Source of the DNA: Eledone cirrhosa
Lineage: Eukaryota
DNA length: 64,000 bases
NCBI GenBank assembly: GCA_964016885.1
Contig: OZ024743.1
Span: 15,004,001 to 15,068,000 of the forward strand
Reading direction: 5' to 3'
The notes under the pieces were generated by a model. It had not been told where the DNA came from. It ran no database searches and was given only the letters and a program-made list of their open reading frames with translations. Shown piece after piece: positions 12,904-26,927 of this stretch (position 1 is the stretch's first letter; each line of letters opens with the position of its first letter). A program made the translations under genes and the position numbers.

Positions 12904-13529
12904 TTGAAGCCCAGTCATCACTTATTCTAAATGACTTCCATTTGTGTGTATTTATCAGATTTAACAAATTAGAATTCTATTTTGTAGGAAGTTCTCCAGT
13001 TGTTAATATCTTGGATTGTGCCAAAAAAATTCAGAATTCGCTGAAAAGAATGTGTGAGTGTGTGTGTGTGTGTGTGTGTATTCATATACGTATACATTAA
13101 ATATTTAGTATAACTATAAATCATAATCTACAATCATTTTAAAAGCACCGTGTGTTACTTTAATGAATTGTGCTACTATAACTATTTTAGCTTGCCTTAT
13201 ATTTGAATGCAATTGTAAAAGATATATGGGTTAGAGGTTTTTGCCACTAAATAATATTTGTTAAGTATACGAATGTCTCGGAACCAGTAATAATATTTTC
13301 TTTCATTGTTCGTACGTTATCGAAAATATCAGAATATTCATAATGACAGCAACTTTTATTGTGCCTTTTTTACCCAACATTTATTCAAAGAATAGCCTTA
13401 ATTTTCTCGTAATATCTGTTTTAAAATAAACCAATTACGTTCCATAATTTTACACTGAAACCTTTTTTTTTTCTCAAATTATATTTTCATAACTAAAACT
13501 TACATCGATGTTAAGATCTAAATATTCTT

Positions 13530-13905
13530 CAGCGCGGTTGATTGGCAGTATCGGCATAATGTTATCCTGTTTACGATCTGAGTTCAATGTTGCCGAGGTT
13601 AACTTTGTATTTCGTACATATGGGGCTAGAATGAAGTCCCAGTAATGCACTGGGGTCAATGTGATCTATATTCCGCTCCCGCTAAATCGTCGACTTTGTG
13701 CCTAAATCAGAAACTAATATTACAAGTAATTTGGGGCGTTTAATTACGCCTTTTTACGATCTGAGCTTAAATCCTTCTGTGGTTAGCTTTGAATTTCATC
13801 CTTACGGCGTCGAGGAAATAAAGCATCACTAATGCACTAGGGTCGATTTTGTCGGCTTTCCCGTCCCGCAAAATTGTTCTTTTGCCTAAATCACAAACTA
13901 TTATT
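13530..13905 (+). mobile_element. Two diverged SINE copies (longer subfamily)
   Basis: A-box-like TGGCAGTATCGG, B-box-like GTTCAATG, central domain, and TGTGCCTAAATC ends, present twice. Confidence 0.7.
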
Positions 13906-16319
13906 GCAAACCGATATATCAAATTCGTAGAATGGTGCTCGTAGTTTATTCTCATTATTTTAACAAAACTAATTTGTTTATAGTTCAGTATGTGGCTTAA
14001 ACTCTTTATTTACACCCTGCATTACGATACATATATGTATGGAATCTGCAAAGTTATCATCATATAAATACATTTCAGGAATGAGTTAAGCAGTTTAGCG
14101 CATTTCAGTAATTCACATAATTAAAGAAGGTTTATATTCCAGGTTATAGACTTATTATGATTCCCACAGTCGTTTCAATTATTAATCACTGTTTATATAA
14201 ATATTCAATGAGCCCATTTGAGTCATTAATTAATTATTGTTGTAGATTTCCATACGATATCTGTCTGAAGCATATTAGAGGTACTATTTTTGTACTTCTG
14301 ATTTAAGAAATTGAAGAGATTTTTTTTAATCATTGCAAAATTATATGAATGATACGCACATACATTTGGAATACGTGGAATATTCGAGAATTTGGGATTT
14401 AGTTTATTTCAGTCATAATTTGAGCAATATCTCTAACTTTGCTGATATGTTTTCTCCTGTTAGATACGTAGATTATTAAAGTTGTCATATGACGTACAGT
14501 TTCTCATATACTTAGTTCTACAGGAACAAGATGTGTAAATATACCTCCATTTTAATTTCACTAAAATATATCATATAGTAAACTCATGTGATTCAATATG
14601 TAAAGAAATAAAACTGCATTTCCAAAATGATTACCGGTCACGTTGTATGGAAAATTCTCAATCTGAAAATAATAGTATACTTCCAGAAATAATATTTTAT
14701 TTTATAACATTTAATTAAGCGAAATACATAGCTTTCTAATAATAACTAATATACATGGTAATGCATCGCTCAGATGAAGCCAGTTAGTTGTATTAAAAGT
14801 TCACATATTGAAGCATTTATTCTATTTTCCTATAAATGACTCTACTATTCTTTTGTGTTTTCATAAGTTAAATACGTCGGTGTACAACATCAACGATTTT
14901 CAATTAATCTAATCAGTATTCTCCTATTATAAATTTAAACATTTTCAAAACATACTCAATTTAATATTTTGGTGGTTACACACAGCAGTATATTGAAAGG
15001 CCTAAAGATTCTACTCAAACTCTACGAAAGTTAAATCAGCTTCCTAATGAAACAGCAGTATTTGAAAACAACTCAATCCTTATAGTGGACCTAAGAAAAC
15101 CGAATGATTTGCAGTTATATTTTCCTGTACTTTTTGCGATACGTTTAATATATATATTTAATATGAAGCCTATTAAAAGCGATAGAACAATTATTCAATT
15201 GAAAGAATATGAAAACGATATCTTTAAAATGATATATAGTAAAAAGATGTGAAGTAAACAATATATTTATATACTAACAATACATGTTGAAAACTATAAA
15301 ACTACTATTCGTGAAATAATCGATGGCTTTATTTATAAACGTTTACTTATGGAAAAAAAGAAAAGAATTCTCAAAAGGATCCGCTATTTTTCAATGCTAA
15401 CTGGGAATAACGGAGAAGCGAAGACAGCAACGAAAAACGTACTTGGAAGAGATATATATTTGTGTTTTCTCCTGCATCAATATAATTATTCTGAAATATT
15501 TCATTGCAAGCGGGCTTGTTCCATTCATTGCTACCAGCCAAAGGCTGTCTGTAATTTACAATGGTGATGCAAAGGAGGCAATGGTAATATTCAACAGTCT
15601 GAATAAGTGCTTTTTCCAGTTTGGATATATATTTTTTTAAACATCATTTTCAGATATTTTATTTTCAGAAAGTTTTAAATTAGTTATAACGTTTTTAATG
15701 TATATCAATTTAGATATAGAGTTCCTGTTAATTTGCATTAGAAGGGCACACATAAATGTGTTGTTATTTTTAATATGTTATAATTTAGATGCATCACATG
15801 AATCACAGATTAATGTATATGCAGTGCAAAAATCTCTAAAATCCTCAATGTTCGAAAAAACAATTTAAACTCAGCTTTCAATTTCAACATTTAACATGCA
15901 AGCACAAAGTTGTTTCAGGTTTACTTAAGATGAGAGAAATGACGAATCGATTCAATTACATCTACGTGCTGGCTTAATGCTATTGCGTGCGACACTAGTA
16001 TATATTATAATATTCTTTCACATCCGGACAGTTTGGTATTGATAGGGTCAGTTTTTGGTGTAAGAGCATACAACTGTAGTAAGCAGTTATGTTGCCTGCA
16101 GTTTCAAAATGTAAACACTGCTGACTCAGGGGATAGATGTAATATATTGTCTATGCAAATGATGTGGCGGGGGTATTGAAATCAAGAATAAAATCCGTAA
16201 TACGTTGACACGGTTACTGAGATTGTATGTTAATTATACACACACATATATATATATATATAAGTTATATACTGTCATTTACACCTCCATATGTATATAT
16301 ATGTATATATTCTTGTGAC

Positions 16320-17215
16320 GCTAAACTCCGCCAGTTGCAGACTACAGATCCACATGAGATATTTCTCTCCACAAAGTTCGATCACCAGAGGTTAACGAGC
16401 AAAGATCAAATCCAGTCCATAAGTTGACATTATCAAGCCATCATTTTGGCTGTCGGCCTTTGCTTCTCCTTCCAGCCAACCCTCCTTCCAGGCATAATCT
16501 ACTCACACCATGAGTTGATCTTTTTATATGGCCGTATAGTTTGAGCACTCTTGACGTGACAATTGATGTAATTTGTCTACATTAGGTAATGTTGATAATT
16601 GATATAATTGGTCTATGTTTGGTAAAGCTGCCCAACCTAGAGCGATGCGATACTGCCTAGCAAAACTTCTATTGCTGTTTGATGATAATTTGTGACCGAG
16701 ATATACAAACTCCGTAACTTCAGCAATTTGCAGCTTGTAGGTTGTGAGTTGGAGATTGGTATTGTTTTTATCAGTTGTCATAAACTTTGTTTTGGAGATG
16801 TTGATGTATAAGCCAGCCTCCAACAATTGTTTGGCAAGTACATTCAGAAAGTCTTGCAGATCAGTTCTAGAGTAAATCAGGATGGCCATATCGTCTGCAG
16901 AGCTAAGATTTCATAGGATTTTACCTCCTATTTGAGAACCAGAGAATCATTGTTCTTCAGTGTGGTAGATAAGTGAAGCCATAACTATGCAGAAAAGAAG
17001 TGCTGATAGTACATCCCCCAGCTTAACTCCCTTGAAGTTGTCTATACAGAGTGTAGTTACCAAATCTGCTTTGATATATGGTGTTTAGTTGGTGTAAGTT
17101 TCTTTCTGTAGATTGATGTAATTTTGTTAATTGAGGTCTTGTTTAAGATTTGCCAGAAGCTGGGTAGTTTCATGTAGTCAAAAGCTTTTGTGAAATCAAT
17201 GAAGTATTGAATTGT
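16320..17215 (-). pseudogene. Decayed RTE-like LINE RT fragment
   Basis: FIDFTKAFD, GVKLGDVLSALLF, SADDMAIL, EFVYLGH, IALGWAA. Confidence 0.75.
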
Positions 17216-17318
17216 ATTGATTTCTCAGTGATTTTTTTAATAGCTAGGATCTGCTCAATATATATGTTTACATATATAAATATAAATATATATTATGTCA
17301 CAAACACACACACACATG

Positions 17319-17373
<55 letters not shown>

Positions 17374-17426
17374 CTCCCGATTATTACTGGAATTCTATAA
17401 CAATCCTGCTTCTATAATTTTCGGCG

Positions 17427-17500
17427 GAAGAAGGGTAGTGCGTAGCCCTGATGAACGCCAACCAGTGTGAAACAGACTGTTAGGCTCTCTCCCTCTTTTC
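17427..17500 (+). ncRNA. Type I hammerhead motif in a PLE-like terminal fragment (about 17370-17580)
   Basis: AGCC-CTGATGA-ACGC caacca GTGT-GAAAC agact GTTA-GGCT. The cleavage-site register is imperfect. Confidence 0.55.
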
Positions 17501-17607
17501 ACCGAAATAAGTAAGTGACATATTCACTACTTTAAAACTGATAGCGTATGGTCTTCTAAATATTTTAAATTAAACTTACGGTATATTGCCAAATATACTA
17601 TACATAC

Positions 17608-17638
<31 letters not shown>

Positions 17639-17649
17639 CAAACATACAT

Positions 17650-17780
<131 letters not shown>

Positions 17781-17781
17781 C

Positions 17782-17857
<76 letters not shown>

Positions 17858-18447
17858 CATATATGCATTGGCGGACTGGGTCTAAAAATATTGGTTGCCT
17901 GGAGATAAAGGGGGTCACCCATATATAGAGTGCTATTATTCAATTTTTATAATGAATAAATAACCTTTTCAAAAAGTACATAAGTGAAAACAACACGGAG
18001 CAATGAAATGTGCATTTCTTTTACTAATTATGGTATGTATAGTCTGTACATGTTTTTGCCAGTTTACAGTAATACTAAATCTTCATACAGAATGTTATAA
18101 TATACTGTTATTTAGAGTAAAATATGCAAATGTCCGTTTTTAACTTCTCCAATAAAAGTATACACAACCAGAGATTTTCAATATAGAACTTTGCTCTTTC
18201 TCACTCAAAATATATATCTGGGAGTGTGTGTATGTGTGATGTACACGCATATACATATATTTATATATATGTATACATGAATGTTTTCAACTTTTACAAA
18301 CATTATTCTCCCTAGGGACTTTAGACTAAAGGACTGACCACTAATTGATTTTACATACGTCTTTAACACATAGATATATAAAAACTATTTGGCCAGCACC
18401 TCGTGTGTATGTGCATGTGTATGTGTAAGTATATATAAATATATATA

Positions 18448-20056
18448 TAAAATATGTAGTTTAGAAAGCCACAACAATGCAGATGGGAAATCACGAGGTA
18501 GGAAGTGAGTGAGAAATAGGAGAAAAGTGAAAATTGAGAGAAACGAAAAAGGAAAACAAAACAAAGGTAGAAGGGTTACCGTAGTGGAGATTTAATCCCA
18601 ATATTTCGGGCTCACGCCCATCAACGGGGGAAAGTTCCAAAGGGGAGGGGGGACAGGCTAAGCCGGAGAAAGTTGTATTGTCGTTAAAACATAGGAATGC
18701 CGTTATGGGGAAAATTCAAACGAGGGAAAGAATGCGCGTGCGCGTGATAGGCTGTGGCAAAAGCTACTGACCAATTGGGTTAAAACAATAGGGTGCGCTA
18801 GCGTGTGAAAGCCGTAACATATGTGTGTGTAAATATATGTGTGTGTAACTGTGTGTGTATATGTGTATGTGTGTATGTATGTGAGTGTGTGTGTGTGAAA
18901 GATAGTGAATAGACAGACACCCACTAGCAACTTAGATAAAAGCAGGTGCTTCTTTAAAATCCCCCACCTGAGTGAATATACCACGAACGCCATCCGCAGG
19001 GCCATAAGGAGGGAGGGACTTGACATACATTTGGCCCACACAGGACCTTCGTTCCGAAGATGCCTCTCCACCAAACCCGACGAGTCAGATGGGACGTGTT
19101 CCCTCAGCAACTGCCCGATACGGGGGGCAGATTGCCTACGCACCTATGTCGTATATAAGATTCAATGCGATAAATGTAACAAGTTTTACATAGGTAGCAC
19201 CATCCGACCCCTACATAATCGTATCAAGGAACATGTCAACACCAACGCATCTTCCTTCCGTAAACACATCCTTAAATGCCGAAACCCACAGGGCAGACCC
19301 TTGGTCACAGTCCTAGCGACCGAACGCAGCATCGGATCCTTAAGGATAAAGGAAGCACTTGTTATTAAGAACCTCAGACCCCCACTTAACAACCGGGCTG
19401 AGAGAAATGAGCTGACATGGCAAATTTAACCATAGTGACCAGTAACAGCCCCTACGGCCTATTATCTTTCACACACACGCACTTATATGTATACCCATAC
19501 ACATACACACACACACATACACACACATCTATATTTATACACGCACACATGTTTATACAACCTACCACCTTTCACACCCTTTGAATTCCAGCTTCTACGG
19601 CCCACTATCTTTCACACACTCACATACATACACACATACACATATACACACAGAGTTACACACACATATATTTATACACACATATTTTACGGCTTTCACA
19701 CGCTAGCGCACCCTATTGTTTTAACCCAATTGGTCAGTAGCTTTTGCCACAGCCTATCACGCGCACGCGCATTCTTTCCCTCGTTTGAATTTTCCCCATA
19801 ACGGCATTCCTGTGTTTTAACGACAATACAACTTTCTCCGGCTTAGCCTGTCCCCCCCCCCTTTTGGAACTTTCCCCCGTTGATGGATGTGAGCCCGAAA
19901 TATTGGGATTAAATCTCCACTACGGTAACCCTTCTACCTTTGTTTTGTTTTCCTTTTTCGTTTCTCTCAATTTTCACTTTGCTCCTATTTCTCACTCACT
20001 TCCTACCTCGAGATTTCCTATCTGCATTGTTGTGGCTTGCTAAACTACATATTTTA
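18448..20056 (+). mobile_element. 5'-truncated Penelope-like element with inverted pLTRs
   Basis: 18448-18907 is the reverse complement of 19603-20056 (about 455 bp) and the pair flanks a GIY-YIG ORF. Each arm has a degenerate HHR (..TTGATG..GCCCGAAATATTGGG). Confidence 0.9.
18905..19429 (+). CDS. PLE GIY-YIG endonuclease domain (truncated)
   Basis: C..SNCP..C..VVYKIQCDKCNKFYIGSTIRPLHNRIKEH...IKEALVI..LRPPLN. Confidence 0.85.
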   Translation: MNRQTPTSNLDKSRCFFKIPHLSEYTTNAIRRAIRREGLDIHLAHTGPSFRRCLSTKPDESDGTCSLSNCPIRGADCLRTYVVYKIQCDKCNKFYIGSTIRPLHNRIKEHVNTNASSFRKHILKCRNPQGRPLVTVLATERSIGSLRIKEALVIKNLRPPLNNRAERNELTWQI

Positions 20057-20093
20057 CATATTTCACAATGCTTCAAGCAAACTTTAACACCCT

Positions 20094-20409
<316 letters not shown>

Positions 20410-21072
20410 CTAGACCACCCGTGACCCGTTGGGTCATGTTCACTTTAACATATTTTTTTTTAAAATCGTGTTCACTTAAAAATAATGTTTAAATAATAAA
20501 AATATACACAGATATGTATATAAAGTGAAATGAAACTGGAAGGCCTATATATATACGTGAGTGTATGTATATATATATATGTGTGTGTGTGTAAACATAT
20601 ACATATATATGTATGTGTGCGTATATATATGTGGATGTCTGTGATCTACATGCACTGGTCATAAACACACACACATATATATATATTCACACACACTCAC
20701 ACACACATATATATATAGAGAGATAGATAGATAGATAGATATACACACACAACAGCACCACCAGCTCCCTTCCATTTTCATTCTCTGTCTCCTCTCCCTC
20801 TTTCTGTCTTTCTTTCAATCTACTCTCTCACAACCACTATCTCTTTCTCTCTATCTTTTTCTCTCTTTGTTTACTTTGTTATGAGGGCACCAGGAAAAAC
20901 CCCATATCTTGGGAACCCGCGGTCCGATTTACGCGAAATTTGTTTTGTTCCATTTGTATTCCCATTTCAGGGTCAACTTCCTTTCAAAGTATTTTCCCAT
21001 TATGCGCCCTTTTGACTGTATTACATTACAGATAAGCAAGCAAGCAATCAATCACAGACTTTTAGTATCATA
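20410..21072 (-). mobile_element. Non-autonomous Helitron
   Basis: The minus-strand 3' end has the hairpin TGACCC-aac-GGGTCA followed by CTAG|T. The 5' end ATACTAAAAAG..(TTGC)n resembles that at 40744. Confidence 0.7.
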
Positions 21073-21073
21073 A

Positions 21074-21264
21074 AAAGTGTATACACCATTCTAATATATA
21101 TATTGCCTGTACAGGTAATCAAAGTGTGTATACATTTTTCAGGGACACCATATATATATATATATATATATATATACCGGGGTCCCTAAAAATGTATACA
21201 CTATTCTAATATAAATACATTGCCTGTACAGCTAATCAAAGTGTGTATACATTTTTCCGGGACA

Positions 21265-21299
<35 letters not shown>

Positions 21300-21383
21300 G
21301 GGGTCCCTAAACATGTATACACCATTCTAATATATATATTTCCTGTACAGATAATCAAAGTGTGTATACATTTTTCGGGGACA

Positions 21384-21424
<41 letters not shown>

Positions 21425-21470
21425 GGGGTCCCTAAAAATGTATACACCATTCTAATATATATATTGCCTG
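21074..21470. repeat. Satellite array, about 80-bp palindromic unit plus (TA)n spacer
   Basis: Unit: CCGGGGTCCCTAAAAATGTATACAC...GTGTATACATTTTTCGGGGACACCA. Confidence 0.95.
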
Positions 21471-23452
21471 CACTGGTCAACAGCCAAAATGGTTCTTACA
21501 TGTGAATTTGTGCATCTTACTAATTTCATAGCACTAAATTCAGTTTTGATATTCATTTTTTGCTATCGGACCAGAATGCCTTAATATGAGATCGAAAATA
21601 TGTTCCTCGTATTGCATCATTTATCCATTGTGTAACATATGATGACTTAGGTATTAATATTAACTTATTAATAAAAATATATAAACATTTTTTTTTTTTT
21701 TTTTAACACTTAGTATATTAACAAAATATTTCTGAACAACATTCTGAACATAACAAAATATTTCAAATCCTTTCTAAAAAAATTTCTGGATTTTGCTTTT
21801 ACGCTTGTTTTGCTGGCTCTCCTCGCGTTGCAGTGTCCAGCAGTAGTCGCCCATCATGTTGGGATTGAACTGACCCTGATACTTACTCTCCATTATGGCA
21901 ACGTCCAGGTGAAACCTCTCTCCATATTCATAACTGATGTCTCCTAGATTACTTGGGAAGAAATCCAGATGAGAAGGAAGAAATGAAGCTTCAACGACAT
22001 TCGTGAAAACTCAGAGCGCGATAATTTTATATCATGGTTTCAACAATTTCTTTATAGTTGTCTGCACGGTGGTTTCCAAGAAAGTTCTGTGTCACATCTA
22101 CAAATGATTTCCATGCATTAGTCTCCAAAGGGTTTAGTGTTTTCGTAAACTCACTATCATTAACCAGCATATGAATCTGAGGACCATTCAAAACCCCTGC
22201 TTTTAACTTTGCTTCAGATACCACTCTACCCAATTACTTACACAAGTACTGAAACACATTACCTGTATGATCCATGCTTTTAATAAAGTTTTTGGCCAAG
22301 CCTAATTTGAGATGTAATGGAGGGAAGAATACTTTTTCTGGATCCACGAGAGGTTTGTACAAACAGTTGAATCTACGGGTGCAACCTTTGGTCTTGTTGG
22401 CCAATCTATCTCCATGTAGTGCTCCGCATCTGCTCTACTATTCCACAAACATAGAAAACACATATGCTTTGTGTAACCAGTCTGAAGACCTAGAATAGAC
22501 TAATTAAGTTGTTTATGACGATGACGAGCGGTTGTAATGCGGACGCCAGGTTCCAGCAGGTTTCATTGCTTCAGTCGTGATCCCAGGAGCTCTGCCTTTT
22601 CTTTAGACAAATGTAGGTCTCTAATGAGATCGTGAAGAGCTTCCTGTTTAAATGGTATGGGTTCACTTGTTACATGTTCGTCTTGATAGTCATCATCAAT
22701 AGAGGTGCTACTGGAATCAGAGATTAGCTCGTGTTCAGCAGGTGGAACTGGAACAGGTAATTCATCACTGTGAGGCACTGGTCGGATTGCTGACGAGATA
22801 TCGGGGTATTGAAGTGTAGTTCGTGTCTTCACAGTTATTCCTTGGATGTTTATATGGCAGAAGTAGCAATCGTTATTGTGGTCTCTTGGTTATCGCCATA
22901 CCATTGGTACAGAAAATGGCAAACCAGAGCTTCGTTTCCCATTCTTCCATTCACTTATGTGATTAACACATGACCTACACGCTATATGAGGCGCCCGTTT
23001 CTTGTCATGGTCTCCTAATGGACATTTGAAGTAGCATTTGTAGTTTACTCGAACTGCTTTTGTAATTGGTTTATTTATGCTTTCTGGGGTAAAGAGTCCA
23101 CAAATATAGCAAAATTGGTCCGGGTCATTTACATATTTCCGGCGTTCCATCTTTCCCACTAGTCAAAGTTGTTGTGAATTATCCAAGAATAGCTGAGGAT
23201 AGTTACAATTCTGTGATCTGAAACAAAAGCAGTAAGTATAAATTAGTTAATAACTAAATATAGTGAATACAATTGGATGAAGTAATATGAGCCACATAGC
23301 TATGGGTCATAAATATGGATATGCTGGTTCTCGAAAACTAGACCCGATACAGCTTAATCGTTGTCATATCCAGGTTCTGCACACTTGATTACCCTAGAAT
23401 CATACTAAATTATACTCGAACCATGCAATGAATATTTTTTTGTTGACCAGTG
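21471..23452 (-). mobile_element. Chapaev3-type (CMC) DNA transposon, internally deleted and decayed
   Basis: 12-bp TIRs CACTGGTCAACA/TGTTGACCAGTG. Transposase remnants: FCYICG..PHIACRSC..PMVWR..DH..DCYFC, DLIRDLHLSKEKAELLGSRL, NGPQI, HLDFFPSNLG..GERFH. The family name is from recall of these motifs. Confidence 0.75.
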
Positions 23453-23616
23453 TAATCAAAGTGTGTATACATTTATCGGGGACACCATATATATATATAT
23501 ATATATACCGGGGTATATATATATATATATACTGGGGTCCCTAAAACTGTATACACCAGTCTAATATATATATTGCCTGTACAGGTAATCAAAGTGTGTA
23601 TACATTTTCGGGGACA

Positions 23617-23649
<33 letters not shown>

Positions 23650-23980
23650 GGGGTCCCTAAAAATGTATACACCATTCTAATATATATATTGCCTGTACAG
23701 GTAATCAAAGTGTGTATACATTTTTCCGGGACACCACATATATATATACCGGTGTCCCTAAACATGTATACAACATTCAAATATATATATTGCCTGTACA
23801 TATAATCAAGGTGTGTATACATTTTTCGGGGACACCATATATATATATATATATATATATATACCGGGGTCCCTAAAAATATATACACCATTGTAATATA
23901 TATATTGCCTGTAGAGGTAATCAAAGTGTATATACATTTTTCGGGGACACCATATATATATATATATATATGGTGTCCCC
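23453..23980. repeat. Satellite array (continuation)
   Basis: Same unit. It resumes mid-unit after the transposon. Confidence 0.95.
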
Positions 23981-24126
23981 TGTGTTTACTCCCCCATCTC
24001 TACGTTTTTCTGTTTCATTTTCCCTTCCAGGTCTCTGCCTATCCTTCGCACTCACCCCTTCGTTCACTCCACCCCGCTTCACACCCCTGCCTTCTCATCC
24101 CTCCCCCTGCTTTCACCCAACGCCCA

Positions 24127-26927
24127 TCATGCCCAACCTGAGATCCTTTCTCCACCAACTACATAATCGCCTCAAACTTTTCCTCACCCCCTCCTCCCAC
24201 CCTGCTACCTCCCTCCGCCCTTCAACTCTCCTACCTTCTCCTCGCCAAAACCCGGCACTCCAGCCACATCCATTTCCTCAGCCACTGCCTCCGCCTCCAC
24301 CTTATCCCCCTCGTCTTCTGTCTACACTTCCACCCTTCCCCCGCCGCTTCCCCCTCCACGCAACGTATCCTCACCCGATCCTCACGCCTCCTGATGCGCA
24401 ACTCCATCCGCGCCTCCCGTTTCACTCTCCGCCAACTTGACCACCAACTGACCCCCACCCTCCTCCGCCTTAACTCCACCTGCCACCCCCTCCTCGCCCA
24501 AGCCATCCTCTACTTCATCCAAAACCTCAACCACAGCCTCTTCTCGTTCCTCAGCCCCACCAAAGCCCGCAAGCTAAACTCACCCCCCCATCCACCACCA
24601 CCCGCCCATCCCCATACGCCAACCACTCTCCACCTCTCCCTCGACCCACACCCCTACCCAATCTCCACCCTCCACTTCACCCCTCACCACACCCTCCATT
24701 CCCCCCAAACACCGAAACCCCACCCCTTGTTTTCACCATACCCCCTGACCTCCCCCTCTCCGCACCTGAGCGCTCACTCCTTAGTAGAGGCCTTCGCTTC
24801 ATACCCCACACTCCGCACAGCGACGAGTTCCGCACCCGAACGGAAGTCGAGCGATTCGTGCGACGCACTAAGCTACAGGCACATTTTAGCCGAACGCCAC
24901 CGGCTCCGGACGCCCCAGACCTGTTTCTCACCCTGGGCCGACGACCATCTTCTTGGACGCCGGCCCCAGGGCAACTTAGCACCCTGGACGCCTTCGTCGA
25001 TGCCAGCCGTAGCGCAGTAAATCGTTTCGACTTCCGCCACCGTTCCAAACGGTACAATATCTCACGGGGCGAACTCCTCGCTCTCCGCTCCCTCCGTAGC
25101 CGAGATGACATCGTCATCAAACCGGCGGACAAGGGAGGCGCCGTAGTGGGGTGGCGCGCGGACCTCTACACGGCCGAAGCCCTCAGGCAGCTCTGTAACC
25201 CCCTATTTTACAGGCCTCTACCCTCCTACCCCACCCCCCTCTACAAACAACAAGTTTCCTCCACCATCAAAGACCTTATCGCCTCCTCCCTCCTCCCCCC
25301 ACTGCTTCCTACCTCATCGTCCGCACCCCCCGCACCCCCACCATCTACTTCCTCCCCAAAGTCCACAAACCCGACAACCCTGGCCGTCCCATCGTCTCTG
25401 CTTGCAATTGCCCCACCGAACTCATCTCCGCCTTTCTCGACTCCCCCCCTCGCCCCCCTTGTCACCACGCTCCCCTCCCACATCTCCGACACCAACCACG
25501 CCCTGCGCCTTTTCGACTCCTTCACCTACCCACCCGGCCCACAGCCCTTCCTCTCCACCCTAGACATCAAGTCCCTCTATACAGTCATCCCCATGCCGAC
25601 GGCCTTCGCGCCCTCAAACACTACCTCGACGTTCGCCCCTCCCCCCATTCCCTCCACCCCCACCCTCCTTCGTCTCGCCGAGCTGGTCCTAACCCTGAAT
25701 TGTTTCTCCTTCTCCGGTGAGTTTTACCAACAGGTCACGGGGGTAGCCATGGGTACAATAATGGGCCCGATCTATGCCAACCTTTTTGTTGGCCATGTTG
25801 AGGCCCAAATCTTTGCCCAGTACACCGGCCCCACGCCCGAACTGTACGGTCGTTACATTGACGACTGTATCGGAGCCACGACCCTCACCCGAGAACAGCT
25901 CGACTTCTTTCTCTCCTTCTTCTGCTCCTTCCACCCCTCCCTCCACTTCACCACCTCTATCTCCACCACCCACGTCCACTTCTTAGACATCTCCGTCGCC
26001 TTCGACCCCTCCCACCACTCCCTCGTCACCTCCGCCTTCTTCAAACCCACCGGCTCCCACTCTTACCTCGACTTCATCTCTTCCCACCCCACCCACACTA
26101 AACACTCCATTACCTACTCCCAACTTCTCAGGATCCGCCGCCTCTGTAGCCGTGATGCTGACTTTGAGTCCCAGGCCCTTTCCCTAGTCAGCCATTTCAT
26201 CCGCAGAGGTTACCCCCCCACTCTCGTCCACACCGCTCTCACCCGCGTCCGTGCTGTCCCCCGCTCCACCACCATCACCCCACGCCACCGAACACCCACT
26301 CACCGTCTCCCCTTCCCCATCACAACCATCCCTCCACCTTACCCCTCCACCGCACCAACCGCCACCTCTTCCGACGCCTCCAGTCCGACCGCTCCACCTC
26401 CCACATCTTCCCAACCCCACCACTCCCCTCCTTCAAACGCGCACGCAATATCCGCACCCTCCTCGTCCACAGCTCCCTACCCCCAACCCACGCTCTGTAT
26501 CCCCCCCCCCGGTTCCTTTCCCTGTTCTAGGCCCTGCTGCAACACCTGTCCCCACATCACCAACACCACCACCTTCCAGGGTCCCAACGGCCACTGTCTC
26601 TTGGTCCGGCATGCCTTCCGCTGCACCTCCTCCAACCTAGTCTACGGATTTCGCTGCAAGGAGTGCAGCGCGACTTATGTCGGACAGACGGGACGTCGCT
26701 TGGCGGACCGAGTCACGGAGCACCTCCGGGATATTCGTCTCGGGGGCAGTTCCCCCATCGCCCGCCACTCTGGTGGCCCTGGACATTCCGCACGCCATCT
26801 CACAGTCTGTGGCCTATTCCAGTGCCACGAAACCCCCGCCAATCGCCTTACGGTCGAACAACGAACTATCTTCATCTTACAGACCCCCACTCCCCCCGGC
26901 CTGAACTCCCCACCCTTATTCCTTTAG
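24127..26927 (+). pseudogene. PLE RT + GIY-YIG polyprotein with several frameshifts
   Basis: IVIKPADKGG, LDIKSLYT, GVAMGT.MGP.YANLF, RYIDD, CSRPCCNTC, LVY..C..C..YVGQT.R, PPGLN. Pro/Ser-rich stretches in the 689-aa ORF are out-of-frame segments. Confidence 0.88.

Noticed and set aside
14986-15107. Possible plus-strand terminal exon (QYIERPKD...KKTE*)
   Set aside because: The acceptor is weak, no homology is recognised, and it cannot be linked to other exons.
17866-17925. hAT-like left end (CATTGGCGGACTGGG)
   Set aside because: No matching right TIR or TSD was found.
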